Source: Desulfobacteria bacterium
Lineage (GTDB): Bacteria > Desulfobacterota > UBA8473
Direction: 5' to 3'
Length of the DNA: 40,147 bases
Assembly: GCA_041648535.1 (NCBI GenBank)
Contig: JBAZOX010000001.1
Location: 1-40,147 of the forward strand
Part shown: in pieces, positions 1-7,242 of the stretch
Position numbering within the stretch: position 1 is the first letter of the stretch
How the letters are laid out: each line of letters opens with the position of its first letter
Translations under genes and position numbers: made by a program
Notes under the pieces: generated by a model
The model's input: only the letters and a program-made list of their open reading frames with translations
Told to the model about the DNA's origin: nothing
Database searches by the model: none

Positions 1-1124
1 GTTTGGATAAATTGCATCGCTGCTTCAAAAACGGGATTTTGATGATATGCCCTTGCTTCAATAACCCCTTGATTTACCAAAAGACAGAGAAGAGGGGCAT
101 CACCGTGATACCTCAAGCCTCCGGCATGGATGCCTGGCGGAACAAAGGTATGCCCTAATGTGTACATCATTAATAGCGGTGTCATCTGAGCAGTATCACC
201 AAAATCATAGCGGTAAGGTCCCTTGGTCAATGTGGGACATGAGGTAGGTTCCACCGCGATTATCCTCATGTCTTTACCGTTCAACTTGTCTTTGACAAAC
301 GGGAAACAGAACCCGGCAAAGTTGCTTCCTCCGCCAACACAGCCAATCAAAACATCCGGGGATTCCCCTGCTAATTTCAATTGTTCCTTTACCTCTAAAC
401 CGATAATGGTTTGATGTAATAAGACATGGTTTAGCACACTCCCCAGAGAATATTTAGTATCATCGTGGGTAGCTGCATCCTCTACCGCTTCTGAAATGGC
501 CATGCCGAGACTACCCAATGTGTTTGGATCTTTCTCTAAAATACTCCTTCCTGCATTGGTTAAGTTGGTCGGAGATGGATGCACCGTTGCCCCCCATGCG
601 TGCATCAAAGACCTCCGGTAAGGTTTTTGCTCATAGCTCACCTTTACCATGTAGACGGTACATTCTATATCAAACAGTTTACAGGCAAAAGCCAGAGCGC
701 TTCCCCATTGCCCTGCCCCTGTCTCTGTAGCAATCCTTTTCACCCCTTCTTTCTTATTGTAATATGCCTGAGCAACAGCAGTGTTTGGTTTGTGACTTCC
801 GGCAGGGCTCACGCTCTCGTTCTTATAGTATATCCTGGCAGGGGTTCCCAATGCCTTTTCCAACCTTTTTGCCCTATGCAAAGGGGTTGGTCTCCACAGC
901 CGGTAAATATCCAGAATTTCATCCGGTATCTCTATCCAGCGCTCCTGACTTACCTCTTGTTCTATAAGCCCCATGGGAAATATTGGAGCCAGATCTTCAG
1001 GGCCTATTGGTTGGCCTGTTCCTGGATTTAATGGAGGCATAAGCGGTTTGGGCAGATCTGCCTGTACGTTATACCACTTCTGAGGCAACTCTTTTTCACT
1101 CAATAAAATCTTTGTATCTTCCAT
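1..1124 (-). CDS. trpB: Tryptophan synthase beta subunit, TrpB2-type (C-terminus runs off the window)
   Basis: Not in the ORF track because it is open at the window edge. Minus-strand ATG at 1124-1122 follows GGAGAAG. My translation is [25 protein letters not shown]...[19 protein letters not shown]...[13 protein letters not shown]...[11 protein letters not shown]. It has the PLP-lysine and GGGSN motifs and the long N-terminus typical of TrpB2. The + strand ORFs at 223-1031 are antisense shadows. Confidence 0.85.
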   Translation of the reverse strand, partial: MEDTKILLSEKELPQKWYNVQADLPKPLMPPLNPGTGQPIGPEDLAPIFPMGLIEQEVSQERWIEIPDEILDIYRLWRPTPLHRAKRLEKALGTPARIYYKNESVSPAGSHKPNTAVAQAYYNKKEGVKRIATETGAGQWGSALAFACKLFDIECTVYMVKVSYEQKPYRRSLMHAWGATVHPSPTNLTNAGRSILEKDPNTLGSLGMAISEAVEDAATHDDTKYSLGSVLNHVLLHQTIIGLEVKEQLKLAGESPDVLIGCVGGGSNFAGFCFPFVKDKLNGKDMRIIAVEPTSCPTLTKGPYRYDFGDTAQMTPLLMMYTLGHTFVPPGIHAGGLRYHGDAPLLCLLVNQGVIEARAYHQNPVFEAAMQFIQ

Positions 1125-1225
1125 ATTCTTCTCCTTTTATACAAAAGAATTTGCTGGAAGGATATCCTTCCAGTTATCCCTAAAATCCTGTAATAAAGAA
1201 CTCTACACCACCCCCTTTATTAGTT

Positions 1226-1418
1226 GTAACTATTCAGGCACAAAGAGACAAAGGCACATAGGCACAAAGTTGTAGGAATACGATCGGAATGCAGGACATA
1301 ACCTGTCCAAATACCGCTTTGTAAACATTTTATAGGAACTTAATCAACTCATTCTCTTCAGATCTCTCGACTTTGTGCCTTTGGTGCTCTGTGCCTTTGT
1401 GCCTACCTGAGTAGTAAC
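1226..1418. repeat. Heptamer-hairpin element A (GTAACTATTCAGG ... CCTGAGTAGTAAC ends, GGCACAAAG-type arms, about 95-nt centre)
   Basis: The arms ggcacaaagagacaaaggcacataggcacaaag and ctttgtgcctttggtgctctgtgcctttgtgcc are imperfect reverse complements. The end motifs are shared with the elements at 3280, 14832, 15040, 19547 and 26098. Confidence 0.75.
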
Positions 1419-1500
1419 CCTTAGTTTAGATATGGAGAGTTTTAAAGGTCTCTCTTCAAAGATCAAGAGGACTTTCTGCTACTTCTGCCGAGAGGAAAGA

Positions 1501-1543
1501 AAACAAAAAAGCCATGGACGAAAAGGAAGAGCCCATGGCTTTT
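1501..1543 (-). terminator. Second hairpin plus U-run downstream of the trp leader (AAAAGCCAUGG / CCAUGGCUUUU)
   Basis: The + strand reads aaaagccatgg(1507-1517)...ccatggctttt(1533-1543). On the minus strand the stem is followed by UUUUUUGUUU. Confidence 0.5.
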
Positions 1544-1548
1544 GATAT

Positions 1549-1584
1549 AAAAAAGGCCGCAGGCTACAGGATTTGCCCACGGTC
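1549..1584 (-). terminator. Attenuator terminator of the trp leader
   Basis: The minus-strand RNA is GACCGUGGGC-AAAUCCUGUA-GCCUGCGGCC followed by UUUUUU. That gives a 10-bp stem with one mismatch and two G-U pairs. Its 5' arm also pairs with an upstream segment, giving the antiterminator alternative. Confidence 0.65.
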
Positions 1585-1653
1585 TTCCATTGATTTTTAT
1601 TTATTGATTATTTAGTATCGAGTGAGATGGGCGGACAAATCCCTAGTATGTAA

Positions 1654-1713
1654 TTAGTTCCACCACCACCACCAATTGCTATCGTAACTATAGGAAATCT
1701 CTTTGCCGCTCAT
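1654..1713 (-). CDS. Trp leader peptide MSGKEISYSYDSNWWWWWN (5 consecutive UGG codons)
   Basis: A 19-codon minus-strand ORF. The + strand has cca x5 at 1660-1674 and the stop is TAA at 1656-1654. It lies upstream of trpB2 on the same strand and is followed by alternative hairpins and a terminator. Confidence 0.8.
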   Translation of the reverse strand: MSGKEISYSYDSNWWWWWN

Positions 1714-1745
1714 ACTCTTAAAGCCCTTTTAATAAAGTGTAGAAT

Positions 1746-1774
1746 TCATTAGCATAATAGATCTCGATTGTCAA
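1746..1774 (-). promoter_or_regulatory. Candidate sigma-70 promoter for the trp leader transcript
   Basis: The minus strand reads TTGACA (1774-1769), a 17-nt spacer ending TGc, then TAATGA (1751-1746). This is an extended -10-like arrangement, about 33 nt upstream of the leader ATG. Confidence 0.4.
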
Positions 1775-1800
1775 GCATTTTCTGATTTATAATTTTTTTC

Positions 1801-1829
1801 TTGACAAATCAATCGTCAGTATATAAAAA
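1801..1829 (+). promoter_or_regulatory. Candidate sigma-70 promoter for the aromatic leader / DAHP synthase transcript
   Basis: TTGACA is at 1801-1806. TATAAA / TAAAAA -10 candidates fall at 1822-1829 (15-17 nt spacing). The promoter is divergent from the trp leader promoter, with 26 bp between the two -35 boxes. Confidence 0.45.
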
Positions 1830-1848
1830 GATAAGAAAGGAGTCGGTT

Positions 1849-1935
1849 ATGTTGTTTTATTTTGCAAATCTTATATTTAAGACATTTTGCTGGCGGTTTT
1901 ATTTTATCTTTATAAAGTCTGCCCAGCATCCTTGA
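1849..1935 (+). CDS. Aromatic-rich leader peptide MLFYFANLIFKTFCWRFYFIFIKSAQHP
   Basis: AAGGAG at 1837-1842 lies 6 nt before the ATG. Ten of 28 residues are aromatic (7 F, 2 Y, 1 W), clustered as FCWRFYFIF just before an antiterminator/terminator pair upstream of DAHP synthase. Confidence 0.7.
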   Translation: MLFYFANLIFKTFCWRFYFIFIKSAQHP

Positions 1936-1972
1936 ACTAGATTTGTAAAATAAAACACAACAGATCTCAAGG

Positions 1973-2014
1973 CCATGGGCAGACTGACGGTAAAACCCAT
2001 GGTTTTTTGTTTTT
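1973..2014 (+). terminator. Attenuator terminator upstream of DAHP synthase
   Basis: CCATGGG (1973-1979) and CCCATGG (1996-2002) form the stem, followed by TTTTTTGTTTTT. The 5' arm overlaps the sequence tgggcagact (1976-1985). That sequence pairs perfectly with agtctgccca (1916-1925) inside the end of the leader ORF. Confidence 0.7.
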
Positions 2015-2036
2015 ACATAGTACGTTAGTATATATT

Positions 2037-2067
2037 AAGCCATGGGTAAAAAGCTCATGGCTTTTTT
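2037..2067 (+). terminator. Second hairpin plus T-run (AAGCCATG / CATGGCTT)
   Basis: An 8-bp stem (2037-2044 / 2056-2063) with an 11-nt loop is followed by a T-run. The ATG at 2042 that opens the ORF-track entry lies inside this hairpin. Confidence 0.5.
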
Positions 2068-2080
2068 GTTTTTAAAAGGT

Positions 2081-2185
2081 GACGGCTTTGTAAAAAGTCC
2101 ATCTGCGGCGTTCCGCCTCATTCCTTCGGATTTGCGCGCCTTGCATCTGGAGCTTTTTACTGTGCCGTCTGATTTTTTTTACGAC
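2081..2185. repeat. MITE-like palindromic repeat, copy 1 (GACGGC..GTAAAAAG..TCCA..TG ends)
   Basis: It is the reverse complement of 5428-5574 at near identity, apart from a 36-nt indel. It creates the false N-terminal extension of the 2042 ORF ([28 protein letters not shown]). Confidence 0.8.
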
Positions 2186-2215
2186 TTCATCAAAAGGTTA
2201 TTCGGGAGGGGAAAG

Positions 2216-3232
2216 ATGATAATTGTAATGAAAGCAAAAGCAAAAAAAGAGGAGTTGGAGGAGGTTGTGAAGAAGATAGAAAAATTAGGTTATAAACCCC
2301 ACATTATTCAGGGGGTAGAAAGGAGTGTCATCGGAGCTGTCGGTGACGAAAGGGGAAAGGCCAAACTGCAATCTCTGGAAGTCCTTCCTGGGGTTGACAA
2401 GGTTGTGCCTATCCTTAAGCCTTATAAACTCGCCAGTCGTGACATAAAGCCAGAGGGAACTGTTGTCAGCATCGACGGCAGAGTAGAAATCGGTGGTAAT
2501 AAGATAGTAGTTATTGCAGGGCCTTGTTCTGTTGAGAGTGAGGAACAGATCATAGAGTCAGCTCATATTGTAAAAAAAGCTGGCGCAGATATTCTCCGCG
2601 GCGGTGCTTTTAAGCCCCGGACTTCTCCATACAGTTTTCAAGGCTTAGAAAAAAAAGGGCTGATCTTACTCGCTAAAGCTAAAGAGAAGGTTGGTCTCCC
2701 GGTTGTAACAGAGATCATAAACCCTAAAGACGTTGATCTGGTTGCAGAATATTCAGATATTATGCAGGTTGGGGCAAGGAATGTCCAAAACTTTGCCCTT
2801 CTGAAAAAACTGGGAAAGCATAATAAACCCATATTACTAAAACGAGGGATGTCTACCACTGTAGAGGAATTCTTGATGTCAGCAGAATACATACTCTCTG
2901 AAGGGAACAAAGACGTGATTTTGTGTGAGAGAGGCATAAGGACATTTGAAACCGCTACAAGAAATACCCTGGATTTGAGTTGCATCCCGGTTTTAAAAGA
3001 AAGGACCCATCTGCCTATAATTGTTGACCCAAGTCATGCTACAGGGTTTTGGTCATATGTAGCTCCAATGTCGTATGCAGCAATTGCAGCAGGGGCCGAT
3101 GGCCTTATGATAGAGGTGCATCCCAATCCGGAAGATGCTGAAAGCGACGGTATTCAGTCCCTGAAACCCCATAAGTTTGCCGCTTTGATGGAGAATCTAA
3201 AAGCCTATATAGCGGCAGCAGGAAGGGTGTGA
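2216..3232 (+). CDS. aroF: 3-deoxy-7-phosphoheptulonate (DAHP) synthase, type I-beta with N-terminal ACT/ferredoxin-like regulatory domain
   Basis: GGGAGGGG precedes the ATG at 2216. [29 protein letters not shown] is the regulatory domain. The catalytic core is IAGPCSVES...[11 protein letters not shown]...KRG...DPSH. Confidence 0.85.
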   Translation: MIIVMKAKAKKEELEEVVKKIEKLGYKPHIIQGVERSVIGAVGDERGKAKLQSLEVLPGVDKVVPILKPYKLASRDIKPEGTVVSIDGRVEIGGNKIVVIAGPCSVESEEQIIESAHIVKKAGADILRGGAFKPRTSPYSFQGLEKKGLILLAKAKEKVGLPVVTEIINPKDVDLVAEYSDIMQVGARNVQNFALLKKLGKHNKPILLKRGMSTTVEEFLMSAEYILSEGNKDVILCERGIRTFETATRNTLDLSCIPVLKERTHLPIIVDPSHATGFWSYVAPMSYAAIAAGADGLMIEVHPNPEDAESDGIQSLKPHKFAALMENLKAYIAAAGRV

Positions 3233-3279
3233 CAATTCCTTGACTTTTATGCCTTTATGATTTACCCTCTTAACAAATG

Positions 3280-3400
3280 GTAACTATTCAGGTAGGCACA
3301 GAGCAGAGCGGAGCAGGGTCGTGAATCGTGAAGCGTGAATCGATTTACGATTTACGGATTACGAATTTGTGCCTTTGCCACTTTGTGCCTGAGTAGTTAC
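3280..3400. repeat. Heptamer-hairpin element B (GTAACTATTCAGG ... CCTGAGTAGTTAC)
   Basis: The 13-nt terminal inverted repeat has one T/C difference. It has nested arms: GGCACAGAG / CTTTGTGCC outside and CGTGAAT x3 / ATTTACG x3 inside. Confidence 0.8.
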
Positions 3401-3434
3401 GTTACCCACTATTTTAAGTTCAGGGAGAAAAAGG

Positions 3435-3857
3435 ATGGAGAAAAAAGTCCTGGAGGTTTTGTCCGGCAAAATCCAAAATGACCCCTATGCACGGTTTTTA
3501 GGCATCGAATTGATAGAGATCAATACGGGCTACTCAAAATTGAGGATGCCCTTAAAGGGCTGTATGCACAATTTTGTGGGTATTGCTCATGGTGGTGCCA
3601 TCTTCAGCTTGGCAGATCACGCATTCGCAGCGGCATCAAATTCTCACGGCACACTGGCTGTCGCCTTAAATATGAGTATCACTTATATTTCTGCTCCTTC
3701 GGAAGGTTCGGTTTTAGTGGCAGAAGCGAAAGAGATAAGTTTAACTCCAAGGACAGCCTTATACAGGATAGATGTATCAACTGAGGACAATAAGCTTATT
3801 GCTTCATGTCAGGGGATTGTTTATAGGAAAAAGAACTCTATACCCGGTATTGATTGA
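3435..3857 (+). CDS. PaaI/hotdog-fold acyl-CoA thioesterase
   Basis: Carries the HGGAIFSLADHAFAAA motif typical of PaaI-family thioesterases, at 140 aa. Confidence 0.75.
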   Translation: MEKKVLEVLSGKIQNDPYARFLGIELIEINTGYSKLRMPLKGCMHNFVGIAHGGAIFSLADHAFAAASNSHGTLAVALNMSITYISAPSEGSVLVAEAKEISLTPRTALYRIDVSTEDNKLIASCQGIVYRKKNSIPGID

Positions 3858-3888
3858 GCGAAGGAGAGATTGAAGAAGGAATAAAGAG

Positions 3889-4617
3889 TTGAAATGGGCA
3901 GTCTTATCGGATATTCACGGAAATTTAGAGGCATTTAATGCCGTTTTGGATTGTCTCTCTGAAGAGGGCATTGACAGAGTAGCCTTTTTGGGAGACGTTG
4001 TTGGTTATGGGGCAAACCCCAATGAATGTATTGATCGCCTTAAAGACATTGCGGACATAGTTGTGGCAGGCAATCACGATTACGGAGCTGTCGGATTAAC
4101 AGATACCTCCAATCTGAACCCTGTAGCCAGGGCTGCCATTGAATGGACGGCAAAGGAGTTATCAACCGTCAATCGCAACTTCCTGTCAGGGTTTCACTTA
4201 ATTTCCATTATAGATGATATTACATTTGTTCACTCTACACCATACAATCCGCAAAATTGGGACTACCTCTCTTATCGTGATGATTTAACTATGAATTTTG
4301 ATTCATTTAAGACTCGAATCTGTTTTATAGGACATTCTCATATACCTGTTGTATTTAAAAAAGATAAGGGAGAAAGGGTTTCTCTTTCAAAAGCCCTAAT
4401 AGTTCGATTGGAAGAGGGGGCCAGGTATCTAATTAACGTGGGAAGTGTAGGACAACCCCGGGATGGTATTCCAGATGCAGCCTTTGGCATCTATGATGCG
4501 AAAGAATGCGTGTTTACACTTAAGAGGTCCCCCTATGACATTGGGACTGCCCAAAAAAAGATTATAAAGGCTGGACTGCCAGAACGTTTGGCGGCCAGGA
4601 TAGCTGTAGGCAGATAA
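3889..4617 (+). CDS. Metallophosphoesterase (YfcE/MJ0936-like)
   Basis: Has the SDIHGN, GDVVGYG, GNHD and GHSH metal-binding motifs in order. TTG start. Confidence 0.8.
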   Translation: MKWAVLSDIHGNLEAFNAVLDCLSEEGIDRVAFLGDVVGYGANPNECIDRLKDIADIVVAGNHDYGAVGLTDTSNLNPVARAAIEWTAKELSTVNRNFLSGFHLISIIDDITFVHSTPYNPQNWDYLSYRDDLTMNFDSFKTRICFIGHSHIPVVFKKDKGERVSLSKALIVRLEEGARYLINVGSVGQPRDGIPDAAFGIYDAKECVFTLKRSPYDIGTAQKKIIKAGLPERLAARIAVGR

Positions 4618-4673
4618 GGAAAAGGGGTTATCTCTACAGTGTTATAGCAAGGGACAAAAAGAGAGAAGGATAG

Positions 4674-5423
4674 ATGGAGCTGGGACAGTTAAAACGCTTG
4701 TTAGAGGGGGTTAAAAAAGGGGATGTTGGGATTGACGAAGCATTGGAGTCGTTAAAGACCTTACCCTTTGAAGACATTGGTCATGCCACCATTGATCACC
4801 ACCGTCATTTGAGGCTCGGATTCCCAGAGGTAATATTCGGCGAGGGGAAGTCTGATGGGGATATCATAGCCATAGTCCAAAGGATGATTGAGAAGGGAGA
4901 GAATATTTTAGTAACCAGGGTGGAGAAAAAAAAGGCCATTAACATAAAAAAGGCCTTTCCAAAGGCAAAATACCATCCAAAACCACGAGCAATTACAATA
5001 ATAAATCAGCAAATAAAAAAGGAGGGGAAGGGCACTATCCTGATCATAAGTGCCGGAACCTCAGATATCCCCATTGCTGACGAGGCTGTACTTGTTGCTG
5101 AGATGATGGGTAACCGGGTAGATCGCCTTTATGATGTGGGAGTTGCCGGTATACATCGGTTGGTAAGTCAGCGGGAAAGGCTTTTGCAAGCCAGTGTCCT
5201 GGTGGTTGTGGCAGGAATGGAAGGGGCACTGCCAAGTGTAGTTGGTGGACTCGTATCGAAACCGATCATTGCAGTTCCTACCAGCATTGGCTATGGAGCA
5301 AATTTTGGCGGAGTGACTGCTTTACTTGGGATGCTGAATTCCTGTGCTCCTGGGGTTGCCGTGGTGAATATAGACAATGGCTTCGGGGCAGGATATATTG
5401 CGGGCTTAATAAATAAGGTTTGA
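4674..5423 (+). CDS. larB: Nickel-pincer cofactor biosynthesis protein LarB (AIR-carboxylase-like)
   Basis: Contains DHHRHLRLGFPEVIFGEGK and the C-terminal SAGTSDIP...AGMEGALPSVVGG...PTSIGYGA motifs. Confidence 0.8.
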   Translation: MELGQLKRLLEGVKKGDVGIDEALESLKTLPFEDIGHATIDHHRHLRLGFPEVIFGEGKSDGDIIAIVQRMIEKGENILVTRVEKKKAINIKKAFPKAKYHPKPRAITIINQQIKKEGKGTILIISAGTSDIPIADEAVLVAEMMGNRVDRLYDVGVAGIHRLVSQRERLLQASVLVVVAGMEGALPSVVGGLVSKPIIAVPTSIGYGANFGGVTALLGMLNSCAPGVAVVNIDNGFGAGYIAGLINKV

Positions 5424-5427
5424 TAAA

Positions 5428-5574
5428 GTCATAAAAAGTCAAAAATCAGACGGCACAGTAAAAAGCTCCAGATGTAAGGCGCGCAAATCCGAAGGAATGA
5501 GGCGTACTTACCTGTACGCTGCAATAACTGAGGATGCAGCGGAACGCCGCAGATGGACTTTTTACGAAGCCGTC
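5428..5574. repeat. MITE-like palindromic repeat, copy 2 (with 36-nt central insertion)
   Basis: It matches the reverse complement of 2081-2185, with extra tacttacctgtacgctgcaataactgaggatgcagc at 5505-5540. It creates the false N-terminal extension of the 5534 ORF. Confidence 0.8.
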
Positions 5575-5587
5575 AAGGTGTGAAGGT

Positions 5588-6766
5588 ATGAGAATAGCTT
5601 ATTTTGATTGCTTTTCCGGGATTAGTGGAGATATGATTCTGGGTGCTATGGTGGATTTGGGACTGCCCAAAACTAAATTAGAAGATGAGCTGAGCAAACT
5701 ATCCTTAAGTGGGTATGAAATAACCTGTTCAACCGAAGCCAGAATGGAGATTAAAGGCTCCAGGGTAAAGGTAATTCTACAAGAGAAAGACACTGACCAC
5801 CGAAGCTTCTCGGATATAAGACGTCTTATTGATGGGAGTTCGCTGGATAAAGACACTAAAGAGCTAAGCATTAAGGTATTCCACCGTTTAGCGGAAGCAG
5901 AAGCTAAAATCCACAAAAAGGATATTGACAGTATATATTTCCATGAAGTTGGCGCCGTTGATTCTATTGTTGACGTTGTTGGGTCAGTAGTTGGAATAAA
6001 ACATTTTGGGATTGAGGAGGTCTATGCCTCCAGGATTCCTTTGGGTTCAGGATTTGTAACCTGTCAGCATGGGACACTACCCCTTCCAGCGCCGGCAACC
6101 CTGGAGCTCCTGAAGGGTAAACCAGTTTATGAAGCAGGTATCATGGGAGAGCTGGTTACTCCTACCGGGGCAGCCATAATTACCACATTAACAGATAAGT
6201 TTGGCAGAATGCCTCCGATGATAATAAGGGATATAGGCTATGGTGTGGGGGACAAAGAATTTGAAAATATTCCCAATCTACTCAGGGTTGTCCTGGGAGA
6301 CGATGAACAAGAAAGAGAGATTGATAGAGTAACTGTCATAGAAACTAACATTGACGACATGAACCCTGAGATCTATGACTTTTTGATGGAAAGGCTCTTT
6401 GAGGAAGGTGCCCTGGATGTCTCTCTGTCGCCCCTTCAGATGAAGAAGAACAGGCCTTCGGTACTGCTAAGGGTAATTTGCCATGAAGGGAATAAAGCCC
6501 GTGTGATCGATACCATTCTTAAGGAATCAACGTCTTTTGGTGTTCGTTATTATGAAGTGGAGAGGGTTAAGGTGCCCCGTAGATTGGAAGAGGTTGAAAC
6601 AAGGTTTGGGAAAGTCACAGTAAAGATTTACCAGGATGATGATGCGATAATTAATGTATCCCCTGAATATGAAGACTGTAAGAAGATAGCAAAGGAAAAG
6701 AAAGTGCCATTGAAGATGGTTTATAATGAGGCGGTCAAAGAGGTTCTCTCTTCTTCTAAGAAGTGA
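5588..6766 (+). CDS. larC: Nickel insertion protein LarC (DUF111)
   Basis: MRIAYFDCFSGISGDM is the canonical LarC N-terminus. The ATG at 5588 is in frame with the ORF-track start at 5534. Confidence 0.85.
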   Translation: MRIAYFDCFSGISGDMILGAMVDLGLPKTKLEDELSKLSLSGYEITCSTEARMEIKGSRVKVILQEKDTDHRSFSDIRRLIDGSSLDKDTKELSIKVFHRLAEAEAKIHKKDIDSIYFHEVGAVDSIVDVVGSVVGIKHFGIEEVYASRIPLGSGFVTCQHGTLPLPAPATLELLKGKPVYEAGIMGELVTPTGAAIITTLTDKFGRMPPMIIRDIGYGVGDKEFENIPNLLRVVLGDDEQEREIDRVTVIETNIDDMNPEIYDFLMERLFEEGALDVSLSPLQMKKNRPSVLLRVICHEGNKARVIDTILKESTSFGVRYYEVERVKVPRRLEEVETRFGKVTVKIYQDDDAIINVSPEYEDCKKIAKEKKVPLKMVYNEAVKEVLSSSKK

Positions 6767-6993
6767 AATATTTTTGTTAAGGAGAATTAAAAAGGGTTTG
6801 ACAGATCAAAAGTTAGAGTATCCACACCAAGTGCCGATATCACCCCCAAAATGGGAGTATATCAGTACTCAGAGTGCTGATGTAAACAAGATACCCAAAA
6901 TGCCGCTACGCTTGAATGTCTACGGGTATATATAGTGTGTAGGAATGCAATAAAGGTAAGTAAACTGTGATGATATATAATAGGAGGAGGGTT

Positions 6994-7242
6994 ATGCCTT
7001 CACCAGTTTTGAGTCAAATCGAGAAAGTGATTGACCATTTATCTCGTGAGGAGCAGTTATGGTTGATTGAACAACTTGCTCATCGCTTGCAAGAAGACTC
7101 AATGAAAAGCAATACAGTTGAACAGACCGTTTTCGAGAGCCAACTTGTTGCGATGGCAATGGATCGCGAGATTCAGGCCGAGTTGCAAAAGATTGATCAA
7201 GAGTTTGCTATAACGGAAGCGGATGGACTGAAGAGTAGATAA
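6994..7242 (+). CDS. Antitoxin-like protein (addiction-module component type, not AbrB/MazE-like)
   Basis: AGGAGGAGG precedes the ATG at 6994. It carries a LSREEQLWLIEQLAHRL motif. Its stop overlaps the toxin start (TAATG). Confidence 0.55.
   Translation: MPSPVLSQIEKVIDHLSREEQLWLIEQLAHRLQEDSMKSNTVEQTVFESQLVAMAMDREIQAELQKIDQEFAITEADGLKSR

Noticed and set aside
223-1031. Four + strand ORFs (63-150 aa) at the left edge
   Set aside because: Their translations are low-complexity and Pro/Ser/Cys-rich. They lie antisense to a continuous, well-conserved TrpB2 reading frame on the minus strand.
2042-2215. N-terminal 58 residues of the DAHP synthase ORF as listed in the track
   Set aside because: The ATG at 2042 sits inside a terminator hairpin, and the extension is the translation of a MITE copy. 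A strong SD and a canonical regulatory-domain start are at 2216. The same logic applies to 5534-5587 for LarC, 25059-25085 for FlgL and 32555-32569 for the dehydrogenase.
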